Shown here piece by piece: positions 26,935 through 35,640 of a DNA stretch of 64,000 nucleotides (position 1 is its first letter; each line of letters begins with the position of its first letter). Source of the DNA: Paludibacteraceae bacterium. GTDB lineage: Bacteria; Bacteroidota; Bacteroidia; Bacteroidales; Paludibacteraceae. The position numbers and the translations under genes are program-made. Location of the stretch: contig CAJOEX010000003.1 in the NCBI GenBank assembly GCA_905233415.1, positions 21,630 to 85,629 on the forward strand, given 5' to 3'. Under the pieces are notes generated by a model. That model saw only the letters and a list, made by a program, of their open reading frames with translations. It had not been told where the DNA came from and ran no database searches.

Positions 26935-26980
26935 CAACAAAAATCTCATATACGCAAATTTTTCTGTATTTTTTTTGTTT

Positions 26981-28399
26981 TTACTTTTCCCGTTTGTCTG
27001 TTTCGCGTATCAAATAGCCGGGCGTGAAGACTTTGGCGGTGCCGCTTTTCTTCTCAAACGTAGAGCCTTGCAAGCTTGGAACATCGATACCTTCCGCTTT
27101 GTCCTGCTCTGCAGCCTCGTAGCGGTTGTCCCAAATCTGATCCGGCGCAACAACACCCACTTTGACGTATTTGGTCCGTTGCGTTTGAGGGTCTATTTGT
27201 GTTTCCCAGACTGCGAATTTCTTCTTGGCGATTGATTCTTTTTCGCCGATGTCAGCCATAACGCCTGCCGGTTTGCCTTTGGCATTGTATGTAAGTCCGG
27301 TAATGGGCGTAGCCACACGGAATTCGGGGTATAGCGTTTGCAGTTTGCTCAACGCCGCATCCTGTGTACGGGCGCAGGTGATGCGTATCTGGTCAGATTT
27401 CTTCTGGTTGGCATAAGCGGTTGCCTTGGAGCTTTTCCACGTGCCGGACGAAGCGTTGTCTGTAACGGTCGGGTAGGAGCCGACATATCGCATTTTGAAG
27501 GTCGTGTCATTCAGAAATTTCTCATAGCGTGCAGGATTGGGCTCGTTTTCCCGATAATACTTGGAGTAAAAGGTGTTGGCGATTTCGTCATCCCAGTTCA
27601 GTTGGTACAAATGGGTATATTCCAGCACTTTGAAACCCTCAATGTCCAGCATCTCGTTCGTTGTCTTTGCCACATCCAAGACCAGAATCAGCATATCGCG
27701 CACGGAGTCCATGATGCCCTGAATAATTCCGTCAACGCCCGGAATAAGGCCCAATGTCAGCATCAGAATATCACGAATGCCGTTGCAGGTAGCAGCAATA
27801 ATGTCCTGCGACGCTTCCATAACATATTGTGCCAGTTCTTTTTGCTCATCGTGACTGATGTACGCCATTTCGTTAAAAACGACGAAACTCTTTTTAATCA
27901 GTTCGTCACCGGCATCTGCCAGCAGCGAAGATGCCCCGACTGTTGTATAGGCAGCTGCCTGTTTCTGCATTTCGGACAAGTCATAAAAACCGCGGTCAGC
28001 CAGTTTTTTGGTGTTGCAGTTGCTGTTCTTGTCCATATTGAACCAGTCCGCAATGATGCGGTGTGCCATTTTCTGCTCCGCGATGTATTCGTCGAACTTG
28101 ACATGTGCGTTCCGGTCTTTGACGGAGCGGAAATTGCATTTGTCGTCAATGCCTAAAAATTCAGTTTTTGAGAGTAGCCGTATTTTGTCATACTTGTCCG
28201 GAAACGGAATATCGACCGCCGTTTGGGCGATTTCGTTGGCAAAAGAATCCTGCATGTGAATGACAGGGAATATCCGTAACGAACTGCGGTGATAAGGCGG
28301 TATTTCGCTTTTCTCCACGCGCTGTGCAAACACTCCGCTATATGCTGCGAATATGCCAATCAGTATAAGAAAATATCTTTTGACCATAATATTGTCCAT
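26981..28399 (-). CDS. Secreted protein, 472 aa, paralogue of 21179-22501
   Basis: Signal peptide ...FLILIGIFAAYSGVFAQ. The conserved blocks are listed under 21179-22501. An extra hydrophobic insert IRDILMLTLGLIPGVDGIIQGIMDSVRDMLILVLDV is absent from the paralogue. Confidence 0.7.
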   Translation of the reverse strand: MDNIMVKRYFLILIGIFAAYSGVFAQRVEKSEIPPYHRSSLRIFPVIHMQDSFANEIAQTAVDIPFPDKYDKIRLLSKTEFLGIDDKCNFRSVKDRNAHVKFDEYIAEQKMAHRIIADWFNMDKNSNCNTKKLADRGFYDLSEMQKQAAAYTTVGASSLLADAGDELIKKSFVVFNEMAYISHDEQKELAQYVMEASQDIIAATCNGIRDILMLTLGLIPGVDGIIQGIMDSVRDMLILVLDVAKTTNEMLDIEGFKVLEYTHLYQLNWDDEIANTFYSKYYRENEPNPARYEKFLNDTTFKMRYVGSYPTVTDNASSGTWKSSKATAYANQKKSDQIRITCARTQDAALSKLQTLYPEFRVATPITGLTYNAKGKPAGVMADIGEKESIAKKKFAVWETQIDPQTQRTKYVKVGVVAPDQIWDNRYEAAEQDKAEGIDVPSLQGSTFEKKSGTAKVFTPGYLIRETDKREK

Positions 28400-29259
28400 T
28401 AAAATGTTATTCGTGCCGTCAGCCCGGGTGTATATGGGTCAAACATTGTCGGAGCAAGGTTTAGCGAATAACCTTTGAACTTGTTGTCAATCACCATTCG
28501 CCGTGCACCCGGAGCCACACCTGCATCAATAATGTTATATATCCACAACCCTGCCAACGCACCGATACATATCCAACCGCCGGTTTGCCAGTTTTGGGCG
28601 GCGGTGTGATAAGTCAGGATTTTCTTGCTGTCGTGCGTTGAACTTTCCAGACTCAGGTAACTGGCTTTATTGGCTTCGCACAGCACGATTCCGCCTGCAC
28701 ACAATACGGATGCACCCATAATCAGTCCGCCTTTGAGGTACGAACCTTTGTACATCTGTCCCGCACCCGGAATAATCGACAGTGCTACCGGTCCGAAACC
28801 GTACTTGTCTGTCAGACGGGTGTATTCAATCGCTCTTGTACCCGGACGGACTACTTGATACAGTACATAGCAGCGGTACTGGTTTTTGTAGCCCATCCGC
28901 ACCAGTTCCCAGTAGGAATCCACTTCCTTGCAGTCCATCGCTACTGCTACCGGCGAACCTTCCATCAGCACTTTGACCTCATTGCTGCCGTTACCTTTTA
29001 CCTGCCATTCGGCGAAGCGGTTAATCTCCCATGACTGCGGCATGTAGTTTGTCAGTTCCTTGAGCGATGCCTCGTGTGCGTCACTCAGTTTGTCCACATA
29101 CACTTGCACCACGCGGTAAGCCACATTCGGGTTTTCCGACTTGGGCGTGTGTTTCACCCAGCGGGGAATCATCTTGTCGGATTTCTGCAGCGTATTTCCG
29201 GCTTCCATGCCCGCAATACTGCACCCCAACAAAAATGCCAGAATGATGCATTTTTTCAT
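28399..29259 (-). CDS. Lipoprotein with an LPP20-like N-terminal module and a membrane-embedded C-terminal half
   Basis: Lipobox AFLLGCS. IPRWVKHTPKSENPNVAYRVVQVYVDKLSDAHEASLKEL is followed by Gly-rich TM segments PVALSIIPGAGQMYKGSYLKGGLIMGASVLCAGGIVLC and GGWICIGALAGLWIYNIIDA. It ends ...TARITF. Confidence 0.65.
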   Translation of the reverse strand: MKKCIILAFLLGCSIAGMEAGNTLQKSDKMIPRWVKHTPKSENPNVAYRVVQVYVDKLSDAHEASLKELTNYMPQSWEINRFAEWQVKGNGSNEVKVLMEGSPVAVAMDCKEVDSYWELVRMGYKNQYRCYVLYQVVRPGTRAIEYTRLTDKYGFGPVALSIIPGAGQMYKGSYLKGGLIMGASVLCAGGIVLCEANKASYLSLESSTHDSKKILTYHTAAQNWQTGGWICIGALAGLWIYNIIDAGVAPGARRMVIDNKFKGYSLNLAPTMFDPYTPGLTARITF

Positions 29260-29298
29260 GCCTGTAACCTTTCGCCGTTCGTCTATAGCCGTTAACCT

Positions 29299-29757
29299 TT
29301 AATTTTCCACTCTCGTCTTGACGATGAGTTTGCGGAACGGTTTGCCTTTTTCCACAATGCCGGGCTGATGGGCGTCTGTCGGGAAGAATACCACAAAGTG
29401 GCCTACCGGCACATTGAGCATCACGGTTGCCTTTTCCTTGTAGAGTTCCACGTCTTTGCCCTCATCGTATTCGGCGGTCACGTTCTGGCAGTCCTCAAGG
29501 GCTTTCCATCCCATTTGCTCGTCGGCGGTCAGAGGAATCTGGATGTCGATGTAGTCACGGTGCGCCTCAAAGGGTAGGGATTTCTCATCCTTGCCTTTGA
29601 TGTCCTGGATGTTGATAAACAGGTCGTCGCCGTCGAGTCTCACTTTGCCTGCGGCAAATTCCTCAAGGTCATTGTTGTTGAAGAAATGCATGAATTGTTC
29701 CAATCGCGGTACGGCATCATAGTACCAGTCCGCGTTTTCAAGTTTGTCGATAATCAT
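29299..29757 (-). CDS. YhcH/YjgK/YiaL-family (DUF386) protein
   Basis: 152 aa. ...GKVRLDGDDLFINIQDIKGKDEKSLPFEAHRDYIDIQIPLTADEQMGW...GHFVVFFPTDAHQPG matches the family pattern as I remember it. Confidence 0.75.
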   Translation of the reverse strand: MIIDKLENADWYYDAVPRLEQFMHFFNNNDLEEFAAGKVRLDGDDLFINIQDIKGKDEKSLPFEAHRDYIDIQIPLTADEQMGWKALEDCQNVTAEYDEGKDVELYKEKATVMLNVPVGHFVVFFPTDAHQPGIVEKGKPFRKLIVKTRVEN

Positions 29758-29762
29758 AATTA

Positions 29763-31097
29763 TTATTTGTTATAGCTGTTAAACTTCCGTTGTGCGGCGC
29801 GATAGGATATACGCGCATCCGTATAATTGTTTTGTGCCTGCAGCAGCAGTGCTTGTGACTCCAGCAGTTCGCTCATGGTCGCCAGTCCTGCCTGGTAATT
29901 CATCATTGACAGGTTGTAGTTGTCCTGCGCCATTTGCACGGCGGATTCGGACTGCGCAACCATCCGTGCCGCCTCATTAAGCTGGTTGAAAGCCTGTTCG
30001 TTCTGCAGGGTCATTTTTTCCATGAGGTCTTTTTGCATCATCTGCGCCTTGGCAATCTTCAGGTTCTGCTCCTTGATTTTATGCCCCGTTTCCCACCACT
30101 GGGTGAGCGGAATGCGTACAAACGCAAATCCGAATCCGTTCCAGCGATGACGCTCAAAGAAGTTGTTGTATCCGCCTTGGAGACCGATACCTATTTGTGG
30201 CAAGGCTTCGCCGACAAGCATTTTCTTGCGCAGCTGTTCCGCCTTGATATTCAGCGACAGCAGTTCAGCTTCCGGCCGTCCGCTGACGATAAACGAATCC
30301 ACCAGCACATACGTTTCTACGGCATTGTCTTCCGGGAACGGTTCCAACTCCAGTTCGCCCGTATAATCAATGCCGGTCAGTTGGCACAGCGCCCGTGAAG
30401 CGAGCACAATGCCGTCTTCCAGTTGCACGGATTTGGTCTCAATCTCGTTTCGCTTGAGTGCCACTTTGAGCAGGTCGTTTCGTGTTACCAGACCATTGGT
30501 AAACGCTGATTGGGCAACGGTGTCAATCGTGTCCAGCAGTTGTTTGACTTGCGACACTGTTTCCCGTTTCTCGTACAAGCCTGCTACCAGCCAATACGTA
30601 TCTTCCACCTCTTGCAGAATGTCACGCTCGCTAATCTCCACTTTCTTTTCCGAAGCTTCGATGCCCAGTTTCGCCAGTTTGTTGCCGTTCACGATGCGTC
30701 CGCCCATGAACACCGGTTGCACCAATGTTGCGCCGGCGCTGACACCCCATCGGAGCATGTTAATTTCATCGGAGATATTGGGATCCTCCTCTTTGAGCGC
30801 GTCAAGGATGGCTTTTAACGCCGCTTCGCCTTCCTCTGTCGGCATCAGTCCCGGAATATACACTCTTACCAGCGGCTCTAAGGCGTAGAACCCGAAGCCG
30901 ACAAAGTTCACTTGCGGGAAGTATTTGGTAAACACTTGTTTTTTCACCTGTTGGGATATCTGTACATCCAGCAGCGCCGATTGAATGGTGCAGTTGCGCT
31001 GACGGGCGGCATTCAGGCATGAATCCAGCGTCAGTACCTGCGATTGGGCGCTACATATGGCGCCCGCGAACATAATTATATAGAGTAGTCGTTTCAT
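29763..31097 (-). CDS. TolC-family outer-membrane efflux protein
   Basis: The true start MKRLLYIIMFAGAICSAQSQVLTLDSCLNAARQRN forms an ATGA overlap with the RND stop at 31094-31097. The 566-aa ORF-track version extends into the RND gene and is spurious. The coiled-coil/barrel repeats are typical of OEP family proteins. Confidence 0.85.
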   Translation of the reverse strand: MKRLLYIIMFAGAICSAQSQVLTLDSCLNAARQRNCTIQSALLDVQISQQVKKQVFTKYFPQVNFVGFGFYALEPLVRVYIPGLMPTEEGEAALKAILDALKEEDPNISDEINMLRWGVSAGATLVQPVFMGGRIVNGNKLAKLGIEASEKKVEISERDILQEVEDTYWLVAGLYEKRETVSQVKQLLDTIDTVAQSAFTNGLVTRNDLLKVALKRNEIETKSVQLEDGIVLASRALCQLTGIDYTGELELEPFPEDNAVETYVLVDSFIVSGRPEAELLSLNIKAEQLRKKMLVGEALPQIGIGLQGGYNNFFERHRWNGFGFAFVRIPLTQWWETGHKIKEQNLKIAKAQMMQKDLMEKMTLQNEQAFNQLNEAARMVAQSESAVQMAQDNYNLSMMNYQAGLATMSELLESQALLLQAQNNYTDARISYRAAQRKFNSYNK

Positions 31098-34000
31098 TTC
31101 TCGTAAAGTTTCCAGTAAGCGACAGGTAATATCGTAACCACCATCGGCATCGTCAGTATTGCGCCGAAACATATGACAACGCCCATCGGCATCCATAGCG
31201 AGGTGGCGGCTGTAATCATCGGAACGACGCCCAAAGCGGTAGTGGCAGTCGTCAGGAAAATCGGACGCATACGTCTCAGACCTGCCAGATAGGCAGCCTC
31301 GTGGTACGACTTGTGTTCGTTGTGTACCAGATGTTCCGCATATTCGTACATGATGATTGCGTTGCGCACGATGATACCTATCAGCGATATCAATCCTAAA
31401 ATGGCTGTCACGGAGAAATTCAAGCCGAACATCCACAGTCCGAAGTTTGCGCCGAACATGCACAGCAGACTGACAGTCAGCGATAGGATGGAGATGGAGA
31501 TACTCTTGAAGTGGTAAACCAACAGTACGAGAAGCACCAGCATCGCAGCCGCCAAGGTCATTATCAGACCCGGCAGCATCTCCTGCGTCAGTTGCGTCAG
31601 ACCGCCGTAATTGATAGACACGCCGTCCGGCAGATTCGGTTCGATGTTCGTCTTGATATACTTCATTATCGGCTTCATCATTCGAATCTGGGCTATCGTA
31701 CCGCGTATGTCTGCCGCCACGGTAATCGTGCGGATGGAGTTGCGCCGCTGAATCATTGCATGGTGGAAGTCGGGTTCAATCTCCGCCACTTGGCGCAGCG
31801 GCACCCATACATCCGGCAGCAGGGTAGGAATCATCAGATTGCCTATTTCGGCATACGACAACGTATCGGCACCTTCGCTGTAAAGCACCACCGGCGTTTT
31901 GTAACCGTCTTCCCATAGCGAGGTCATGTTCCTTCCCTTCAGTGCGCCGTTCAGGTACATGGACAGCGATGCTTGCGTGATACCCAGACGGCTCGCTTCA
32001 TCGTCACGCAGACGAATACGGATGGTCTGGACGGTCTCATCGTAGTTGGAATGCACCCACGTTAACTCCGGCAGCGACGACATGAACGTCTTCAGCGAAT
32101 CGGCTATCACTTCCAAATCACCGATGTTGGAGCCTTGTACGAACACCTCTATCGGGTTGGAAACCGATTGATAATCCAGTTGTTTGTACCGGCAAAACGC
32201 GTTCGGGAACATGTTCTCGGTCTTGGGCTGGTATTCGGCGATTACTTTGACGGTAGCCTTGTCGCTAATCGTGTTCACGATGAACTGTGCATAATTCTCG
32301 CCTGCCATCTGCGGCGCGTATGTGGCGTGGAAACGCGGACTCGCCATTCCCACAAACGCAGTCACACTCTTCACACGCGGGTCGGCATTCAGTATCTTTC
32401 CGAGGCTATCGACTACCGCTTGGGTTTGCTCCAGTGAACTGCCTTCCGTCAGGTGAATCTCCACCGCAAAGCAGTTGCGCTCCGCTTTCGGCATCAGTTG
32501 TACATCCAATTGGAAGAAGAAGAACACACCCACCGCTACTGTAAACACACTGAAGCCTATGGTCAGCCACGGGTGGCGGAAGCAAGCGTCCAGCAGCCTC
32601 TTGTAGCCGTTCTGCAGGGCGGTAAAGAATTTGGCCTGTACACGCTCTATCGCCGTCGGTTTGGCATCACGGGGTTTGGGCTTGATAAGCGCACTTGACA
32701 TATATGGTATAATCCATATTGCATATAGGATACTGCACGTCAGCGCAATGAATACCGCCCACGGGAACAGTTTCACGAAGTCCGCCATCGGACCGGTCAT
32801 CAGTTTGAGCATCGGGAAGAACATACCCGAGATGGATGTTGTTGCCAGTATCATCGGCACAAACAGTTCCCTCGTGGATACCGCTGCCGAGTACCAGCGT
32901 GAATGGCCTTTCGCCAGCAAATCGCTGTAGCCGTCTATCACAATCACCGAGTCATCGACAACCATGCCTAATACCACAATCAATGCCGCCAAAGTGACCG
33001 TATTCAACTCGATGCCGAACAGGTACATCACGCCCCACGTCACCGCAATACAAACCGGCAGGCCGGTAGAGCTCACCAAAGCAGTACGCAGCGGGAACAG
33101 TACCAGCATCACCAGGATAACGATAATCACGCTGACTACCAGGTCGCGGAGGAATGACTTTACACTCGCGTCAACCACTTTCGGCTGGTCGGTAATCTTG
33201 TAGATATGTACATCTTCGGGAAATACCTGGTGCATGTGGTCTATGATGGCGTCCACTTTCTTGCCGAATGCCACAATATTGTTGCCGGGCTGCATTTCGA
33301 TATTCAGCATCTGGCAGCTGGCCTTGCTGTCTTCGTCAAAACGCTCGATGTACTTGGTTGGTTTCTGATACCGCCGTTCGATGTTCGCAATATCTTTCAA
33401 GCGCACGGTCTGACCCGTTACGGGGTCGGAGAATACAATCTGTTCGCCCAACTCATATTCGGTCCGGTACGGCACATCCACATGCACCAATGCTGCACCC
33501 ATGTCGTTGGCTATCTCACCGGTCATGGTTCTGAAACCCTGTGTGGCGAGACGCGCCATAATCAGGTTCTGGTCCACTGCGTAGTTGGACAGCCGCTCCA
33601 CATCAATGGTAACCGCTATCTCTTCCGTTTGCTGGCCGAGCGTTTTGATACTTCCCATTTCGGGAATCTCGCGCAACCGGTCAGACAACTGGTCCGCCAT
33701 GTCTTCCAGTTCGCGCGGTGTCCGCTCGTTACTCTCCAGCGCCAGCAGCAGACTGCTCGTGTTGCCGAAATCGTCAATGATGGCGATGGCAAGCAAGCCG
33801 GTTGGCAGTTTCGTTTGCTTGAAAAGCGACACGCCGCCGCGAATCTTCGACCATGCTTCGTCTGCGTTCATTACCTTCGGCGACAGGGCGGCGAACACAT
33901 ATACAATACCGTCTTGCGACAGGCTGTACGTTTTTTTCTTGTCTATTTCCTTGAATGAGAACAGGTACTGCTCAATCGGCTTGGCTACCTGTTCTTCCAC

Positions 34001-34183
34001 TTCCTGCGCCGTCGCACCCGGATATACCGCTGCCACGACACCCATACGGATGGTCACTTCCGGAAACTCATCCTTGTTCATCTTCGGCAGCGAATAGATG
34101 CCGAATCCCACCAGACACGCCACGATGATATACACCAGCGTGTGGCTTCGCATGGCCGATTCTATGTGATTGCGTGGTCTCAT
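31094..34183 (-). CDS. RND efflux transporter permease (AcrB/HAE family)
   Basis: 1029 aa and 12-TM architecture. The conserved LAALIVVLGMVVDDSVIVIDG and ...GLISLIGIIVRNAIIMYEYAE blocks are present. Confidence 0.95.
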   Translation of the reverse strand: MRPRNHIESAMRSHTLVYIIVACLVGFGIYSLPKMNKDEFPEVTIRMGVVAAVYPGATAQEVEEQVAKPIEQYLFSFKEIDKKKTYSLSQDGIVYVFAALSPKVMNADEAWSKIRGGVSLFKQTKLPTGLLAIAIIDDFGNTSSLLLALESNERTPRELEDMADQLSDRLREIPEMGSIKTLGQQTEEIAVTIDVERLSNYAVDQNLIMARLATQGFRTMTGEIANDMGAALVHVDVPYRTEYELGEQIVFSDPVTGQTVRLKDIANIERRYQKPTKYIERFDEDSKASCQMLNIEMQPGNNIVAFGKKVDAIIDHMHQVFPEDVHIYKITDQPKVVDASVKSFLRDLVVSVIIVILVMLVLFPLRTALVSSTGLPVCIAVTWGVMYLFGIELNTVTLAALIVVLGMVVDDSVIVIDGYSDLLAKGHSRWYSAAVSTRELFVPMILATTSISGMFFPMLKLMTGPMADFVKLFPWAVFIALTCSILYAIWIIPYMSSALIKPKPRDAKPTAIERVQAKFFTALQNGYKRLLDACFRHPWLTIGFSVFTVAVGVFFFFQLDVQLMPKAERNCFAVEIHLTEGSSLEQTQAVVDSLGKILNADPRVKSVTAFVGMASPRFHATYAPQMAGENYAQFIVNTISDKATVKVIAEYQPKTENMFPNAFCRYKQLDYQSVSNPIEVFVQGSNIGDLEVIADSLKTFMSSLPELTWVHSNYDETVQTIRIRLRDDEASRLGITQASLSMYLNGALKGRNMTSLWEDGYKTPVVLYSEGADTLSYAEIGNLMIPTLLPDVWVPLRQVAEIEPDFHHAMIQRRNSIRTITVAADIRGTIAQIRMMKPIMKYIKTNIEPNLPDGVSINYGGLTQLTQEMLPGLIMTLAAAMLVLLVLLVYHFKSISISILSLTVSLLCMFGANFGLWMFGLNFSVTAILGLISLIGIIVRNAIIMYEYAEHLVHNEHKSYHEAAYLAGLRRMRPIFLTTATTALGVVPMITAATSLWMPMGVVICFGAILTMPMVVTILPVAYWKLYEK

Positions 34184-34213
34184 ACCTCTAATCTTTAGCC
34201 TCTAACCTTTCGC

Positions 34214-35233
34214 CTAAAACACCACTCTTGCACCGTGGAACATCTTCTGGTAACCTTTGCTTATTACCGTATCGCCGGCTGTAATGCCTTCCGATACCAG
34301 TACGCCGTTCTCGACAAAGTCCGCAATCTTAATCATCGCACGCTCGGCGCGTCCGTTACGGAGCACCCATACGCTGTGACCGGTCTGCTGTGTCTGTACA
34401 CAACCTGCCGAAATCACGTAACCTATTGCGAGGTGGTTGGTGACTACCGCGCGGCACACCATTCCCGGCAGCAGGTCCTTTGCAGCTGCGCTGTTTTCCA
34501 GTTCGGCGGTCACGCGGTACGTATGTGCGAGCCGCGTCGAGATGAGCGATTTCTCATCTATCTTGGCTTTGAATGTCTGACCCAAAGCAGGTAACGTAAC
34601 CGTCAGTTTGTCGCCGTGCAGAATGTGACCGATTTCGCTTTCCGGCACGGTGAACGTCGCTTTCTTGCCCGACATGTCCAGTAGTGCGCCGATTTGCTGA
34701 CCAATCATCAACTGCTGCCCCACTTCTATCTGATTGAGGTTCACTACACCCGTTTGAGGGGCGCGTAGTGTGCAGTCTTCATAGCGTTTGCGGGCGGAAA
34801 TTGCCATCGAACGGGCTTTCTGCAGGTTTGTCTCCATCTCCACCCATTTCACGTCGCTCACGCCGCCCTTTTCATGAACCGGTTTCAGACGCTCGTAACC
34901 GTCTTCTGCCTGACTGAGAAGCGCCTCTGCACTTTCCAACATGGCTTTGGCTTGGGTGTTGTCCACCGTTGCAATCACCTGGCCTTCATGCACTTTCTGA
35001 CCGCTCTTTACCTGCAGGCTTGACAACTGTCCGCCGAAAGGGAATGACAAGGGAATTTCCGTCTTTGCTGTAATCTCGCCGACGTATGTATTGGTCACTT
35101 GTCGGGCGCATTCGCCGACAATTTCTATTTCTACAGGAAGCGGCTGGTCCCGCAGGTTTTCATACTTGCTGGTACGATGACAACCAATCAACAATACACA
35201 CACCGGCACTATGCCCCAAAGTATCTTTTTCAT
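34214..35233 (-). CDS. RND efflux periplasmic adaptor (membrane fusion protein)
   Basis: Lipobox VLLIGC. It has a barrel-sandwich/lipoyl pattern (GQLSSLQVKSGQKVHEGQVIATVD, ...LRAPQTGVV). Confidence 0.9.
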   Translation of the reverse strand: MKKILWGIVPVCVLLIGCHRTSKYENLRDQPLPVEIEIVGECARQVTNTYVGEITAKTEIPLSFPFGGQLSSLQVKSGQKVHEGQVIATVDNTQAKAMLESAEALLSQAEDGYERLKPVHEKGGVSDVKWVEMETNLQKARSMAISARKRYEDCTLRAPQTGVVNLNQIEVGQQLMIGQQIGALLDMSGKKATFTVPESEIGHILHGDKLTVTLPALGQTFKAKIDEKSLISTRLAHTYRVTAELENSAAAKDLLPGMVCRAVVTNHLAIGYVISAGCVQTQQTGHSVWVLRNGRAERAMIKIADFVENGVLVSEGITAGDTVISKGYQKMFHGARVVF

Positions 35234-35255
35234 AACAGTAATTTATTTCAGCGCG

Positions 35256-35263
35256 CAAAGGTA
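35256..35263 (-). promoter_or_regulatory. -7 box TAccTTTG for the efflux operon
   Basis: The plus strand reads caaaggta, 23 nt upstream of the adaptor ATG. Confidence 0.55.
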
Positions 35264-35419
35264 CTGCTTTTTTTTTATTCAAGCAAATAAAAGTGCTATT
35301 TTATTGTTATGTTGTTGTGCTTTTATGTTATTTTTGAAAAAAAACTGCATTTGGGTGGATTAGCAAAAAAGAGGTTTGGAATATGTAAGAGAAACGCAGC
35401 CCTTCGATTTAGAGTGCAG

Positions 35420-35474
35420 TATCATTCGGTTATCATTCGGTTAACATTCGGTTAACATATGGTTATGATTGCGG
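35420..35474. repeat. Degenerate tandem array, five units of exactly 11 bp, followed by purine-rich GAAA-type repeats to about 35560
   Basis: tatcattcggt, tatcattcggt, taacattcggt, taacatatggt, tatgattgcgg, then aaaatgaaaggtaaaaaatgaaaggcgaaaaattgaaagttgaaag... Confidence 0.9.
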
Positions 35475-35632
35475 AAAATTGAAAAATGAAAGGTAAAAAA
35501 TGAAAGGCGAAAAATTGAAAGTTGAAAGAAGTTGAGAGTGGAGAATTTCGGAAAAAAATCTTTCAATTAGAAGAAAAATCGAGCGGATGATATTTTTTTA
35601 TAAAAAAATTTGCATATATGATTTTTTTGTTG

Positions 35633-35640
35633 TACCTTTG
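35633..35640 (+). promoter_or_regulatory. -7 box TAccTTTG for the glycogen cluster, which implies a leader of about 225 nt
   Basis: ttgttgtacctttgcgcg. The first ATG of the cluster is at 35873. Confidence 0.55.

Noticed and set aside
17578-29259. Polysaccharide utilisation locus, T9SS cargo cluster or fimbrial operon as the identity of the exported-protein block
   Set aside because: There is no SusC/SusD pair, glycoside hydrolase or FimA/Mfa-like pattern, and I recognise no T9SS C-terminal sorting domain. This cannot be excluded without profile searches, so I report the block as unknown.
31098-31463. N-terminal extension of the TolC-family ORF (566-aa version)
   Set aside because: The extension overlaps the 3' end of the RND gene and has no signal peptide. 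The internal Met gives a canonical signal peptide and an ATGA stop/start overlap.
35475-35560. Tiny ORFs in the purine-rich repeats (MKGKK*, MKGEKLKVERS*)
   Set aside because: They are by-products of the ATGAAAGG repeat unit. They are too short and have no promoter context.
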